DNA of 64,000 nucleotides from a virus (Duplodnaviria; Caudoviricetes), in IMG/VR virus record IMGVR_UViG_3300022917_000008, positions 91,658-155,657 of that record; one strand, 5' to 3'. Made by a program: the position numbers and the translations under genes. Below, one piece after another: positions 43,601 through 51,095 of this stretch (positions are counted from its first letter, which is position 1; each line of letters begins with the position of its first letter). The notes under the pieces were generated by a model, which saw only the letters and a program-made list of their open reading frames with translations, was not told the origin of the DNA and did not search any database.

Positions 43601-43798
43601 GACCCTGAAAGGTTCTTGTTTGAAATAGCTCAACAAGCTAATTCCTCTGAAGCTGAGATGAGAGGTGCATATGAGGCAGTAGGTGGAGAGGTGTTTGATG
43701 CAGCTACCAAGCTATTCCCCAATGCTAAACCTGGTGACACATTTGATAAAGCCTCTGATGATCAAGTAGATAGAGGATTAAAAGACTGTAATATATAA
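31601..43798 (+). CDS. Virion RNA polymerase polyprotein (two-barrel, crAss type) with PD-(D/E)xK nuclease and zincin domains
   Basis: Catalytic GSDYDIDK at 41201-41224 preceded by RIPTQG; ADGQG (39851) and KFSVAPLIP beta-like motifs; IAGEVD...IYDIKT...QLSAY nuclease motifs (about 36000-36600); HEAWH...EE..AE zincin (36911). Confidence 0.92.
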   Translation: MPDFSYLDASGIGQIETPTQQPNTLQVEAPHIGYGPAKPTLDFGNIWKEGAPDTGTTPLFNDTLDMSKFKGKTPPRSFDADRLIPYKQSGAYKDLGYNPGMPEDKIQAQYDYDQSNWEAMKSSVSDFFHITGQSFTNYFKTYGDSIKWLTNRNQEGIMYNDLIPQVEADNEAQRSNLRFKGDVPTHWYNYIPFPGLLKGDVAEELLPQLGFTVGTGAAAIIENLGVSLMTAGTGEAAEIPNTATKMYKLISEFNTLARGTQLVKSGVSGTVEGLRAGLDMWRLTNATLSETSLEAATNLVQHKQKLIQDYIDKNGHAPLEGSDDMKKIENSAHDVARETMWGEFPVLFASNWIQYRNLLAPNLAKKLAENEVMKGMKIVNTAENGITSQFAVSEAAKATLGQRVAGGASHFLKNAVTEGLEESGQRLVSTAASDYEEKLYQGKEHSMANSIFQVGVPDILSDSGLQEFMGGFVTGGLFHAFGMAGNKLATLKGVFNEDGTLSGKGNLLTRMGFGTEEIARAKVKGQLQSVANLLNTEDLKDIFKEEGLANFIKATQTSQAMNAALFENDLFNVGNLKSNALVRFLYTGMETGKLDLRLAQLDAFRGLSQEELNKFLDIDTGALDKNTTGAVIDHIIEKAGQVEEIFDEEKDRFKDKEISAIKAFNTQNTSHEGLEQTLRTKYGIDPNEKDIRGPLIQKLAEDPENEELKTDLASAYDSNINRNLSYMNLVAVREGRKAAVFAAAQMQIDSDRSKEAIGTMQDYDLAYSDLNNTLNLTELQQQQKELQEQAKVFQGVDSQKMLEIDDKLRRLDRILHHLSLFYRENIDGSPYGHGMPISEADHYDEGAKALVAAGALYDYLHDELDPQKLRTKGKETRMLAMILRLEKRNRDNLSLYNRLTTSDQGFDEYSKQETQKTAATIGRWTNEYLKQHADEPESEPIQQPTEQEEQVVEHVEPVQPVQTQQQQDFDAIKSKVAKGEPLSDEEKQFLAQGALVNPDIAEFRAAYLAKQPKPTQPAAAATPTAPTTQTVYTSPKTEQAGYRPDVDKGQKPDEVAEKSRLQEHNGQVIGNPNRTIVNEVPKAEFDKIQPKLEGGYTEWKQGFFNHIAQNDLVDRFQGRLAIDEAANYPKGTVQRDFLEKNPDKAGLVLMITDKAGNTNFTREYVPRKNGSMRIVHSMPNSPGKAALLTKMKAMGITHIDGIQFSNLSQGIFDELENPRHTAELLEGISAQDYQFIIAQGASGEDIYYDNGMAMKNGGLYIKTAGSYIKLLPEYAGNLVIGTDSNPDVYGLLGRNYATYEDAKTIAEFLQKLFYTNKEKGGLQFSIDKNGDQYQVNASIMQVGAPLQLTPVELAGTLKGQRINIDMNSLGTTLKFYHVEQGKVVSTDVDYNEFLRNNTLTNKKAYENSDGRKVIKPVNRYLTLAADLQQMADTLEPQVALTLPQETQNIVSRITDNQKKVQGKTDDGQFYIIDGEQYKRVTNVIPNDFDGDTTLYENSRIAGSTVDGIVRAFFTTGDITKPENISQAAFDHIIDALADIKKTIESRGEMFLTNNLVMFDTQLKIAGEVDILSVDSKGQFRIYDIKTAKDFGKYDSSYKGKLTKRQQHTNQLSAYHNLFTSQYGVSPISMGILPFQISYDKAGNIQTAEKLKGIPIIYDPNINTLVPITGQRIQSTEEQKPDTLAQPSTRRNRKKIDPNDESGFKDTERLFKQKSGVQEPTVPMQEEAQWINQRFGSDVAQLSDIVDAGAWATWTQGGITLLKEAPQGTGYHEAWHHFSQLYLTPEQRKSLYDEVRDKANLAKASDRELEEHVAEDFRQYVLSGGQNILGTSPRRNTLFRRIFDFLKKFFQDITGRRDLDRLYRDLYRGNLKSYRPDIANAQFGKLNSKITDAEGNELLNNQKSYRFMNHMEAVAGQVLANANVSVSQFMTGDKELSRQRALELGREMRKQLINQFNDLDEELAEFEDKYPGQSSPLFETWQDLEKIIENFPSVFRQFYAQSAYNSGILSTADQDALDIDIEEAEKTEASFGGKQWDVTGNEESVLDSATAETKALIWSLSRVLVDKDGTPVRQDGKVQLFRNEFGLNEPVNFIRTINNIGNLLEGSFSYEEMLDKLKDSGNQKRFPELALLVERLPDYTQPLKYPDVKMLSSFLKSFSKTYVPVYTLVRLRDGNFLFREETRRSQDIIEREWANKFSTTSKDSPLVKSGVIQFDANDRPFIAQTAVLDYDLSSVGGRKNFLALLGVDINARAEGTKDYNDAVNPAKLGYVLQSIRTRLKAGQKISNPISDLRKEYRTPNGGAIKSEKSTINDIIKLESKYTDTNPSMAFRNAEGKVQHGLSENNWITNNNYWLSRTDNYSQITSNPNTQHLNIGNNPYIAHSLFLNKLFNLDPTSQSYGQRRRINGSPVVLTLGNYNGYEQEQEEGKNNKGASTAKLSPKDKLIMDVNSLLLAGAVEIMRTESSSSAFFVKLSDYADQEGRVKDLPFTAQEIDADPRNPAVINYFLGAFQDEIATIANKFNSNLPDYKKNIGRFTMFDGILSKDTKDAILKDISSDKKLSPEKKQDGLDNVYRIYQAQVAREIGNFLENEVKDFENLLKEQGVTKDDISKTLTQPTGQNLGMPSITTAFVINDFILNSEFAKLFDGNVGFFKAYHKRAKGNTSTGTRAFTDGFLKSYLDQSKQNTLAGALGDTSDVNLNETRTLVFRDDTRASVYTSGRDALYRKALRALGQEDDATNKLLDKAYGNMNVADGQGQATLDFYREMRMRVSNWSYADEVQFQKEVIWFRQEYNLYKDDTQRARDEQFLETFKDTSSTFPPMKMQYNGALKEKGVFAPILDKFSVAPLIPRVIKGTVWESVNQQLLKEGIGYTKFESGTKKYKWTPTEFYAATDKYTTSLAEQPEKYNAATHLSEGLKEQLKTSSEPKDEATWGTQMRKLFLANLFNSGIAPDKFKQVLNNYVDLLNKVEDQQRKNLYKEFGITEDNNNLVIRDVKNFVKTLQRQVNSRALNDNIKNFIQYDQASKSFVYPLEVSLNKVQVQDLISGMIFNRLTRLKVNGDMLIQVASSGFENTGFQYTNATEEDNLKYGSNGLPFYTPTFNADGTLGTTKAMRVKVALIKEWAKLLNATHMDGEKMGTIERLNEALRDDKWRDENRRKITMVGYRIPTQGPNSMEFMEVHEFLPPVAGSIVILPAEIVAKAGSDYDIDKLPIIRPSFTDEGELADEAPEIYEKRMEEIRKKLEGLFTKEKEVNSTRTSHDYNDVNRFMDKVLYGYDAEELEQEIDSLILDNDDIQELLGKYQRLASNRYGSITNKVIDLYKDVLSSPEMFKQLITPNNVDMIKPVAQEIAKATHMAGFDSKGDTQEFSNTDVLKYRSNLVKFQQLLSGKRDVGIFAKANTNSQLLQQSGMVLNKKYVLKDNTGDYNRELTLTLFSPAERETLGASKANKEGEITDMIDYSSNVDINGIYKQEYFSQMINGTVDVAGDPWYMGLLLNDYVKSAYVHMINLGVPARRALFFLAHPAVQRLTKVLASSDPTEKWRIIGSALGMGNKAKKGAVLQAIESIDTGKNYQTGFYFREEELLQHIKNPKSAKDWYDRQVIAHFLKLDEQGRMLRDLQTITSFDTTKYISPISIQANLDLREKVRASSLFDWDGVQKIMQHSMISAFNNLDKSIEIFERLMPIGMHRAIIRESADIMRNFRGDNLGQWVRLERTLNNDWIEFIIKNFGEIEGFNWEDYARELLIFNGGNEVLATKLVEMKNRMPQLNYYESFRRLYNDSSERSAGWRNIKLERGLDNSSDYQNVLIEEMTQLSNFQGNEIAGATFTPEQVLEVRDFFRNLSYLAFMQSGFNKSRLYFTDIIPTDNLVPGFRQALSAFNEFTKQHPETLRQIIKDFRYKFKEQNPNFVIDNDEMPPREAWRGKLYRIFGDDSGQQQPTGETDPGGPVQEQGVNPEPDGYVPSIDSLMGNIPSGDSTKDQLIAQALQHAGDIKGIYKMSFNKDPERFLFEIAQQANSSEAEMRGAYEAVGGEVFDAATKLFPNAKPGDTFDKASDDQVDRGLKDCNI

Positions 43799-43801
43799 TA
43801 C

Positions 43802-46800
43802 ATGGCCTGTCCAAACATAAACTCACAACAGTGGAAAGACCTAGTGAGTGCAATAGGTGTAAGAGAAGCTTACAGAGAGTTCCTGAAGTATGGTGAAATA
43901 CCAAATGCAGGTGCTTACCCTCAGTCATTTGCTGGGGTTAATGCTACACTAAAGGTAGTAGGAGCACTCAATACTCCTAAGATGCAACAGGTGTACACTA
44001 AGTTCTATGAGTCTAACCCAGACAAGTTCTATGCTGAGCTCCAGAACAATGGAGCAACTAAGGCTCAGATACAATTGTTGAGGGAATGGAATACTAAGAA
44101 CCAGCCTCAATCACTGGAAGCAATGGTAACAGGTATAGCTGCAGAGATGAGTTATACCGTGGAGATTAATGAGGCTACTGAAAGCAAGACCTATACTCAA
44201 CACACAAATGAATTATGGGAGTTGGGTATACAGAGTGATATGGATGATGCTGAAGGAATGGAAGAATCATGGAATATGGCTAACAGTTTAAGTGGCCCTA
44301 CACCAACTTCTCATTACTCTAGTCTAACAGTCCCTGGAGGTACTAACTACAGAGAGAATGAAATAAGAACTCCTGCTATTACTGCTGCGATCAAAGGGCA
44401 TGCAGGCTTTGCTACTGAAAAGGGAATAGGTTGGTTTAGAAGTGATGATAGAACAGAGCAGGTTACAATGATGACTGCTCCTAACAATGAGAGGCCAGAC
44501 GAGCAAGTTGAAACCATATTCAACCTTCCAGCTGTAATAAGAACTCGCAGAATACTAGAAGTACAGTCTGATCTATTTCAGAGAGGAAGGGATTATGAGT
44601 TCCTAACACAAATAGATGATAAGAAGGAGATAAAGTTTTCTACCAAGTTTGCGGACTACACCATACACCCAGCAGGCAATGTCACTGTGAAGCATGAGAA
44701 TGGATATGTAGAGCATATTGATCCAAGAGCTATAGGTGGGAGGGATGATGAAAATCTTATAAAGCAGGCTGTAGAAGATTATAAGAGAACTCTGTTAGGT
44801 CCTAAGGAAAGCTTTCTCAAACTTCTATCTAAAGACAATAACTGGGTAACTTTCTTTGTAAAATCTATTATACAGGATAGTACAAGGAAGGGTTACGAGC
44901 AAGTACTATTCCCTGCTGGGGATACTGCTAACAAGATTGAAGGACAAGGTACAATAGAAGATTACATAAAGTATAGGGAGGCAAACATAAAGCATCTGAG
45001 AGCCCTACAAGAAGATGCGCCTACTAGCAAAAGTGTTCATGCAGAGGGATGGAGAGAACTCAACTATAGTATACCTGCTAGTGAGGATAATTCAGGAGGC
45101 ACACTTAGAATACTAGAGTATAATGGTGAAATAACCAGTAAGGAATATGCTAGTAATGATGATGGGCAGTGGGACGATCTTGGTAACACTTTTGATGTTA
45201 CTGACATGATAGCTACAGCTGGTCAGCCCACTATTAAGACTACAAATATTAGAGGAGTTCATACTAAGAATGTCAGGACAAAGGAAGATATTGAAAGGGA
45301 AATACAACAGTATGAGAAGGAAATTGCTGATGCAAAGGAAGGCAGAAGCAAGTTTGCAGCTATCAATAGGTTCTATGAGAATGATATACAGAACATTCTC
45401 AAGAAGCAAGGTTATTCCCCAGTTAGAATAACAGATGAGTATGGTAATGATTGGTTCCAAGTAGACACAAAAGAACAATACAAAGATACAGTCTACTTCA
45501 ACAAAGACACTGATAGAGCTGTACTTAGATCATTACATGCTAAGGGATTGATAGATGAGCAAGGTAACATCATAGCAGGAAATAGTACTATATCTGAGAA
45601 TACTAGGATACTTCTTGACATTGCAAAGGGGTTGTTTGACCAATATGGGTATGACGTTATTAATGTAGGGGATGGTAAGGTTAGTGTTAATAGTAGTAGG
45701 AAAGCATTTGACACTGATACTGAAAATGTGGATAGGGTGAAGGAAGCTACCTCACAGATACTAGCTAAGCTGAAAGCAAACACAGGAGTAGACTATGAGG
45801 TAGTTACAGATGAGAAGGCACAGGAACTACTTGGTGATCTATACACTCCAGATTCACTGGCATTCTTCAAGGACGGTAAGGTCTACATAATAGACACTAA
45901 CATATCTCCTAATGTAGCATTCCATGAGTATGCTCACCCATTTGTTTATGCTATCTACAGCCACAATCCTGCACTGTACAACTCATTGATAGAGCAGCTT
46001 AAGAATAGTCCTGAAGGCTCTAAACTAATTGCTCAACTAAAGCCCTATTACTCGTATCATACAAATGAGGAGGCCTTAGTTAGAGCAATAGAAGCAGCTG
46101 CATTTGGTGACCTTAAGTTTGAATCACCAGAGGGTAAGAGCTTCTGGAGTAAGTTATGGTTCACTATCAAGCAACTATTTAGAAGAGTATTTGGACAACA
46201 TATCAACTTAGAGACACTAGGGCCTAATACCACACTACAGGAACTATCAAGTATACTCCTGAATGAGAAGATTGATCTAAGAGATGAATATGAGAAGTTA
46301 GACTACTATGTACTATTCAATAGAGACATAGCTCAGGAGATGACTAACATACCTGAGCATGAAGCTATGAAGAGTATTGAATCATTCCACAGAATAGCAC
46401 AAGACCACTTGACTAAACTAAGGGAGAACAAGAACTATGCTCAGTTGAGAGAAGTGCTGAAGAACCAAGCAGATGGTTCCATACTCAATGATATCAGCAA
46501 ACTACTCAATCTATCTAAGGAGAAAGAACAGGAGTTGGATGATAACTTCAAGCAGCTCAATAACTTTGCCAGAGCAGTAGTAGGTGCAGGTATCCTTAGT
46601 GATAAGATGAAGGCTCACGTGGTTGAGATGAGTAAAGCAGACATGGATGAAAGGGACAAGCTTAGAACCATGAGGTACTACTCTTTCATATCCAATGACT
46701 GGTTACAAGCATTTGAGCAACTAAGGGAAATAAACAAGGATGACCTTCCACTCCTGGGTACAGAGATACAAAAAGCCAAGAACAACTTCCAAAGAATAAA

Positions 46801-49800
46801 TGACCTCATAGCCAAGGCTTTCAAGGGAGGCCTTGTAGCCACATTTAGAGACAATCTGAGCCTCATCAATGAGAACATGGATAAAGAGCTTACCCCAGAA
46901 ATAGACAGGGTTAAAGCCCTTGTGGATGCTGGTAATGCAAAGCTACAGAGCAGACTGGATTACCTGCAGAAGATGAAAGCCCATGGAACATTTGATGATG
47001 AGAAAATACTCAAACTATTACAAGGAGAACTGGGTGACACTAACTTCTTCTCTGCACTCCTGGAATCATACACATCCTCACCTGATCCAATTGTGGGTGG
47101 GTTTGCTGCATTTGTGAACAAAGAGCTGTACAAAGTAGAAGCTGGTATACAGGAGTTCAACACCAAACTAGGGAATGATCTAGCCCCTCTATACAAACAG
47201 TATGGAGTAGACACAAGCAAGCCTGAAGAGTTAGGACAACAACTGGTGTTCAAAGAAGTAGCTTTCACCAAAGATGGTGAAAGCAATCCCAAAGGCCATG
47301 AAGTATACACATACCTCCATGAGTTTGGTAATGGTTACCAGTATGATTACCAACTGTTGCAACACAAGATAGATGAAGCTAAGGAGGCTGGTAACAGGGA
47401 AGAAGCAATCAAGTTGCAGAAGGAATTTGACCAGCTAAAGAAGGACTACTTCCATAGAGAGTACTTGGATGAGGTGTATGCAGTTAGGGAGTTTTGGAAT
47501 GAGTCTGATATCAATAGGATTGCACAGCAAAGAAGGAAGGAAATCACTGACCAACTAGCCTCCTATGAAGCTGAGTCTAACTTCAAAGACTTGGAAGACA
47601 CTGATAGAGAACACATTGATGAGTTACTTAGACAGCTAAGGGTACTGTCTTCTACCAAGAACATGGATGGTAGTGATAAGGAAGGTGAGGACCTTGCTGT
47701 AGCCCAGGCTATCCAGGAATACAACAGTAGGATGTGGAAGTACAGGGAGGAAATGCCTATGAAGGGAGCTTTTGAAAGGGACCTTCAGACAGCAAAGGAT
47801 GATCTATTAGACAAAGGCTTTGCAGAGGGTTCCCCTGAATACAAGGCTGGACTTAATGCATGGCTAGAGGAGAACCTCAGGATCAGGCTATCAGAACAAT
47901 TCTATACAGATAGAGACAAGATCACTGATGAGATAGCTGCTATTGTTAATCAACTTCCAAAGGATGAGGCTAGACAGTTGGATGTCAGCAAGGCATGGAA
48001 GGAAATGTTTGAACAAGTTAAGGGCTTTAGGGATCAGGATAACCAACCAATTGGTTCTGCTCTTAGTACAGATAAGATAAGAGAGGTGAAGAAAGTACAG
48101 GAGCATATCAATGAAGTCACTGCTGAGCTAAGAAGATTAAGTGGACTAACAGGTGCAGAGTCTGAAAGGTACTCTGAGTTATGGGGTAAATTGAAGGCAG
48201 GACAAAGGCTTGATGGTAGTGAGAGTGCAGAGTTTGATCAGCTGAATAAGACAAAGGATATAATGGGTCTTAATGCTGATGGTAAGAATAGACTCATGGC
48301 ACTATTCGAGGAACTAAAGGAGTTTCAATCCAAGATACCCACTGAGTATTATATAGAAGCATTCAACCAAAAGCTGAATGAGAGTGGTATGGATGAGACT
48401 ATGAGCTATGAAACTGCAGAGGAATTCCTTGCACAGATGCCCCAGTTGATAGTGGATTTACAGGGAACTCCTATAGGTAAATGGTTTGAACAGAACCATA
48501 TACTTAGGTCAAAGTGGAATTCAACTACAGGGCAACATGAGAACTCTTATGAAAGGTTGTATGTTTGGAACAGGATTGTACCTAATGATGAAGTGTTCAA
48601 GAATGCACTTGCTAATAATGACTATCAGACACTACTGAAGATCAAGAATAAATATGTAGACATAAGGCCTGCACAGAAGTACTTCTTCTATAGGATCAAG
48701 AATGAGTTCAGAACAAGGAGGATTGTTGGTCAAACCATTGACAACAAGGGCAACTGGCTACCCAAGACTGTAGCAAAGGGTGCTAAGGATGACAAGTATG
48801 CCAACAAGAGATATTTTGAACTGAGGAACTCTAAGGACCCCAAGCAACAAGCTCTGTACCAAATACTTGAGACTTACAAGAAGTACCACCTACAAGTACA
48901 GGAAGAAGCTCCTAAGTACACAAGGTTATGGTATGAATTACCAAGGATAAGGAAAGAAAAGATTGAGAACATTGAGGCCCTAGCTAGTCAACCTCTTAGA
49001 ACAGGTAAGAATGTGATATCATGGGTAGGCTCTAAGTTAGGATGGAAGTCAAAGCCTGATGCATTTGATAATAGTCTTGCAAGTAAGAAAGACCTGCAGG
49101 ATGAAACAAAGATGTATGTGGCTACTGACCTATTTGGTAATGAGATCAATAGCATACCAATGAGGTACATGTCCAGGCTGGATACTGATACTGTGTCTCT
49201 AGATATTGGCAGAAGTACAATCAAGTATGCACTTGCTCTGCAGATCAATAAGACACTGCATGAGATCAATCCTTTTGCTCAGGCCTTAAAACAAACTCTT
49301 GCACAAGAAGGTATTAAGAGTGTCAACAAGGTGTCTAAGCAAAACTGGCTTAGTAAGTTCAGTAACATACCTGTGCTTGATAGGGACAATAAGAGACTCA
49401 AAGCCATCAATAATATGGTGGAAAGAGACATTGAAGGTGTGGAGAATAAGATGGAACTAGGTCTGTTTGGATCAAAGGTTGCTCAACACTTAATGGGTGT
49501 AGCTGCATTTGGTTCCCTGGCTATGAACTTACCTGCAGGTGTTAAGAACGTTGTAGTGGCTAAATTCCAGAACTTAACTGAGAGTGTTAGCAATGAGTTC
49601 TTTAGTGCTAAAAACTTAAAGCAGGCAGACCAAGTATTCATGAACAGATTCATGCCCAAGTTGATCAAGGATTACAATAGCTTCTCAGGTAGGAGTCTTG
49701 AAACACAAATGTTTGAATTGTTTGACTTTGTTCAAGGTAAGTTTGAGGAGCATGTAGGAGAGTCATTCTCAGCCTCATGGAAGAAGGATATTGCCAAGTT

Positions 49801-50761
49801 AAGGTTCACTAGGTCATTCCAGTCATTAGGTGAATTACAAGCCCAAGGACAGGCAGGACTTGCTATGCTTATTAAGCAGCAGGTTCCCTGGACACATAAT
49901 GGAACTACCACTATGATCAAATACCTTGATGCATGGGAAATGAAAGAAGGTGTTATCCAACTAAAGGAAGGTGTGGACCAGAGCTGGGGTAAGAATGGTT
50001 CCAATTTTGCTTCATTCAAACTCAAGATGCACAAGATCAATGAGTTGATGCAAGGTGCCTATGCTAAGATGAATCAATCTGAAGCAACAAGGTACACTGC
50101 ATTCAAGATGATCAACTTCATGAGAAGGTACTTAGTTCCTGGAATCACTAACAGATTCACTGTGAACAGGAACAACTTTGCTCTAGGTACACAAAGAGAA
50201 GGTTACTATGTAACTCCTTTCAGGTTAGGTGCAGATATGGCAAAGAATGGAATAAAGAATTGGCACCATTATTCAGATAAGGAGAAGAGGAATGTCTACA
50301 AGACCCTAACTGAGATGGGCTACTCTCTTGGATTCCTTATGCTAATGGGGTTAATGGGTTACAATAGTGATGATCCAGATAAGAACAAGAAGCTAAAAGA
50401 TAACTCATGGGCATTCAACATGGCTCTATATGAAGTAGTTATGATCAAAGGTGAACTGGAGAACTTCATTCCATTCCCTGGTATGGGCATGAATGAAATC
50501 CTAAGAATGAAAGACCAGCCTTCAATTGCATTCCCACTGCTGAATAAATACTACAAGATCATCTCTCACCTGATTGACCTGATAGAGCAACCCTTCTCAG
50601 ACTATGATATGATACATTACAAAAGAAACACTGGTATATACCAGAAGGGGGACCTTAAGATATGGTCTGACCTTCTCAAAGCTATAGGATACACTGGGGC
50701 AACAATGCATCCAGATGTGGCTATAAAGAATTACATGGCAACTACAAACAGATACAACTAA
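43802..50761 (+). CDS. Large polyvalent virion (cargo) protein with zincin domain
   Basis: 2319 aa; MACPNINSQQWKDLV N-terminus; HEYAH (45923-45937) with EEAL; long helical body; hydrophobic C-terminal segment (MGYSLGFLMLMGLMG). Confidence 0.75.
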   Translation: MACPNINSQQWKDLVSAIGVREAYREFLKYGEIPNAGAYPQSFAGVNATLKVVGALNTPKMQQVYTKFYESNPDKFYAELQNNGATKAQIQLLREWNTKNQPQSLEAMVTGIAAEMSYTVEINEATESKTYTQHTNELWELGIQSDMDDAEGMEESWNMANSLSGPTPTSHYSSLTVPGGTNYRENEIRTPAITAAIKGHAGFATEKGIGWFRSDDRTEQVTMMTAPNNERPDEQVETIFNLPAVIRTRRILEVQSDLFQRGRDYEFLTQIDDKKEIKFSTKFADYTIHPAGNVTVKHENGYVEHIDPRAIGGRDDENLIKQAVEDYKRTLLGPKESFLKLLSKDNNWVTFFVKSIIQDSTRKGYEQVLFPAGDTANKIEGQGTIEDYIKYREANIKHLRALQEDAPTSKSVHAEGWRELNYSIPASEDNSGGTLRILEYNGEITSKEYASNDDGQWDDLGNTFDVTDMIATAGQPTIKTTNIRGVHTKNVRTKEDIEREIQQYEKEIADAKEGRSKFAAINRFYENDIQNILKKQGYSPVRITDEYGNDWFQVDTKEQYKDTVYFNKDTDRAVLRSLHAKGLIDEQGNIIAGNSTISENTRILLDIAKGLFDQYGYDVINVGDGKVSVNSSRKAFDTDTENVDRVKEATSQILAKLKANTGVDYEVVTDEKAQELLGDLYTPDSLAFFKDGKVYIIDTNISPNVAFHEYAHPFVYAIYSHNPALYNSLIEQLKNSPEGSKLIAQLKPYYSYHTNEEALVRAIEAAAFGDLKFESPEGKSFWSKLWFTIKQLFRRVFGQHINLETLGPNTTLQELSSILLNEKIDLRDEYEKLDYYVLFNRDIAQEMTNIPEHEAMKSIESFHRIAQDHLTKLRENKNYAQLREVLKNQADGSILNDISKLLNLSKEKEQELDDNFKQLNNFARAVVGAGILSDKMKAHVVEMSKADMDERDKLRTMRYYSFISNDWLQAFEQLREINKDDLPLLGTEIQKAKNNFQRINDLIAKAFKGGLVATFRDNLSLINENMDKELTPEIDRVKALVDAGNAKLQSRLDYLQKMKAHGTFDDEKILKLLQGELGDTNFFSALLESYTSSPDPIVGGFAAFVNKELYKVEAGIQEFNTKLGNDLAPLYKQYGVDTSKPEELGQQLVFKEVAFTKDGESNPKGHEVYTYLHEFGNGYQYDYQLLQHKIDEAKEAGNREEAIKLQKEFDQLKKDYFHREYLDEVYAVREFWNESDINRIAQQRRKEITDQLASYEAESNFKDLEDTDREHIDELLRQLRVLSSTKNMDGSDKEGEDLAVAQAIQEYNSRMWKYREEMPMKGAFERDLQTAKDDLLDKGFAEGSPEYKAGLNAWLEENLRIRLSEQFYTDRDKITDEIAAIVNQLPKDEARQLDVSKAWKEMFEQVKGFRDQDNQPIGSALSTDKIREVKKVQEHINEVTAELRRLSGLTGAESERYSELWGKLKAGQRLDGSESAEFDQLNKTKDIMGLNADGKNRLMALFEELKEFQSKIPTEYYIEAFNQKLNESGMDETMSYETAEEFLAQMPQLIVDLQGTPIGKWFEQNHILRSKWNSTTGQHENSYERLYVWNRIVPNDEVFKNALANNDYQTLLKIKNKYVDIRPAQKYFFYRIKNEFRTRRIVGQTIDNKGNWLPKTVAKGAKDDKYANKRYFELRNSKDPKQQALYQILETYKKYHLQVQEEAPKYTRLWYELPRIRKEKIENIEALASQPLRTGKNVISWVGSKLGWKSKPDAFDNSLASKKDLQDETKMYVATDLFGNEINSIPMRYMSRLDTDTVSLDIGRSTIKYALALQINKTLHEINPFAQALKQTLAQEGIKSVNKVSKQNWLSKFSNIPVLDRDNKRLKAINNMVERDIEGVENKMELGLFGSKVAQHLMGVAAFGSLAMNLPAGVKNVVVAKFQNLTESVSNEFFSAKNLKQADQVFMNRFMPKLIKDYNSFSGRSLETQMFELFDFVQGKFEEHVGESFSASWKKDIAKLRFTRSFQSLGELQAQGQAGLAMLIKQQVPWTHNGTTTMIKYLDAWEMKEGVIQLKEGVDQSWGKNGSNFASFKLKMHKINELMQGAYAKMNQSEATRYTAFKMINFMRRYLVPGITNRFTVNRNNFALGTQREGYYVTPFRLGADMAKNGIKNWHHYSDKEKRNVYKTLTEMGYSLGFLMLMGLMGYNSDDPDKNKKLKDNSWAFNMALYEVVMIKGELENFIPFPGMGMNEILRMKDQPSIAFPLLNKYYKIISHLIDLIEQPFSDYDMIHYKRNTGIYQKGDLKIWSDLLKAIGYTGATMHPDVAIKNYMATTNRYN

Positions 50762-51003
50762 TGTTAGTTAACTTAAGAAATGGCTCCACCATTAGAATAC
50801 CTGTGGAGAGATACCTAGACATGTCTGATGAAGACTTAGAGAAGCTTGAACTGTACTACAGGGGAGCTGAGATAAATGATCCCTTCTTTGCTAGTGTGCT
50901 TGTTGGCAAGCCTAAGGATGAAGAGGAGGAGGATTTATCAATTGATTCCCTTGATGTTCCTGCTGATGATGTAGTGAGTGATGATGACCCAGACGAGGAA
51001 TAG
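50761..51003 (+). CDS. Small acidic hypothetical protein
   Basis: TAATG-coupled; 80 aa with YLDMSDEDL...INDPF and a D/E-rich tail. Confidence 0.7.
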   Translation: MLVNLRNGSTIRIPVERYLDMSDEDLEKLELYYRGAEINDPFFASVLVGKPKDEEEEDLSIDSLDVPADDVVSDDDPDEE

Positions 51004-51065
51004 ATAGTTATATATTAGGGTCAAAGAGTGTTCCTACAGGGAATAATCACCTAATTTGCTTATAC

Positions 51066-51074
51066 TTATATTGT
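51066..51074 (+). promoter_or_regulatory. TTATAYTGT motif, candidate late-promoter element
   Basis: TTATATTGT 21 nt before ATG 51096 at the head of the fibre block. Confidence 0.4.
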
Positions 51075-51095
51075 ACTCTCTTAACTTGATTGATT

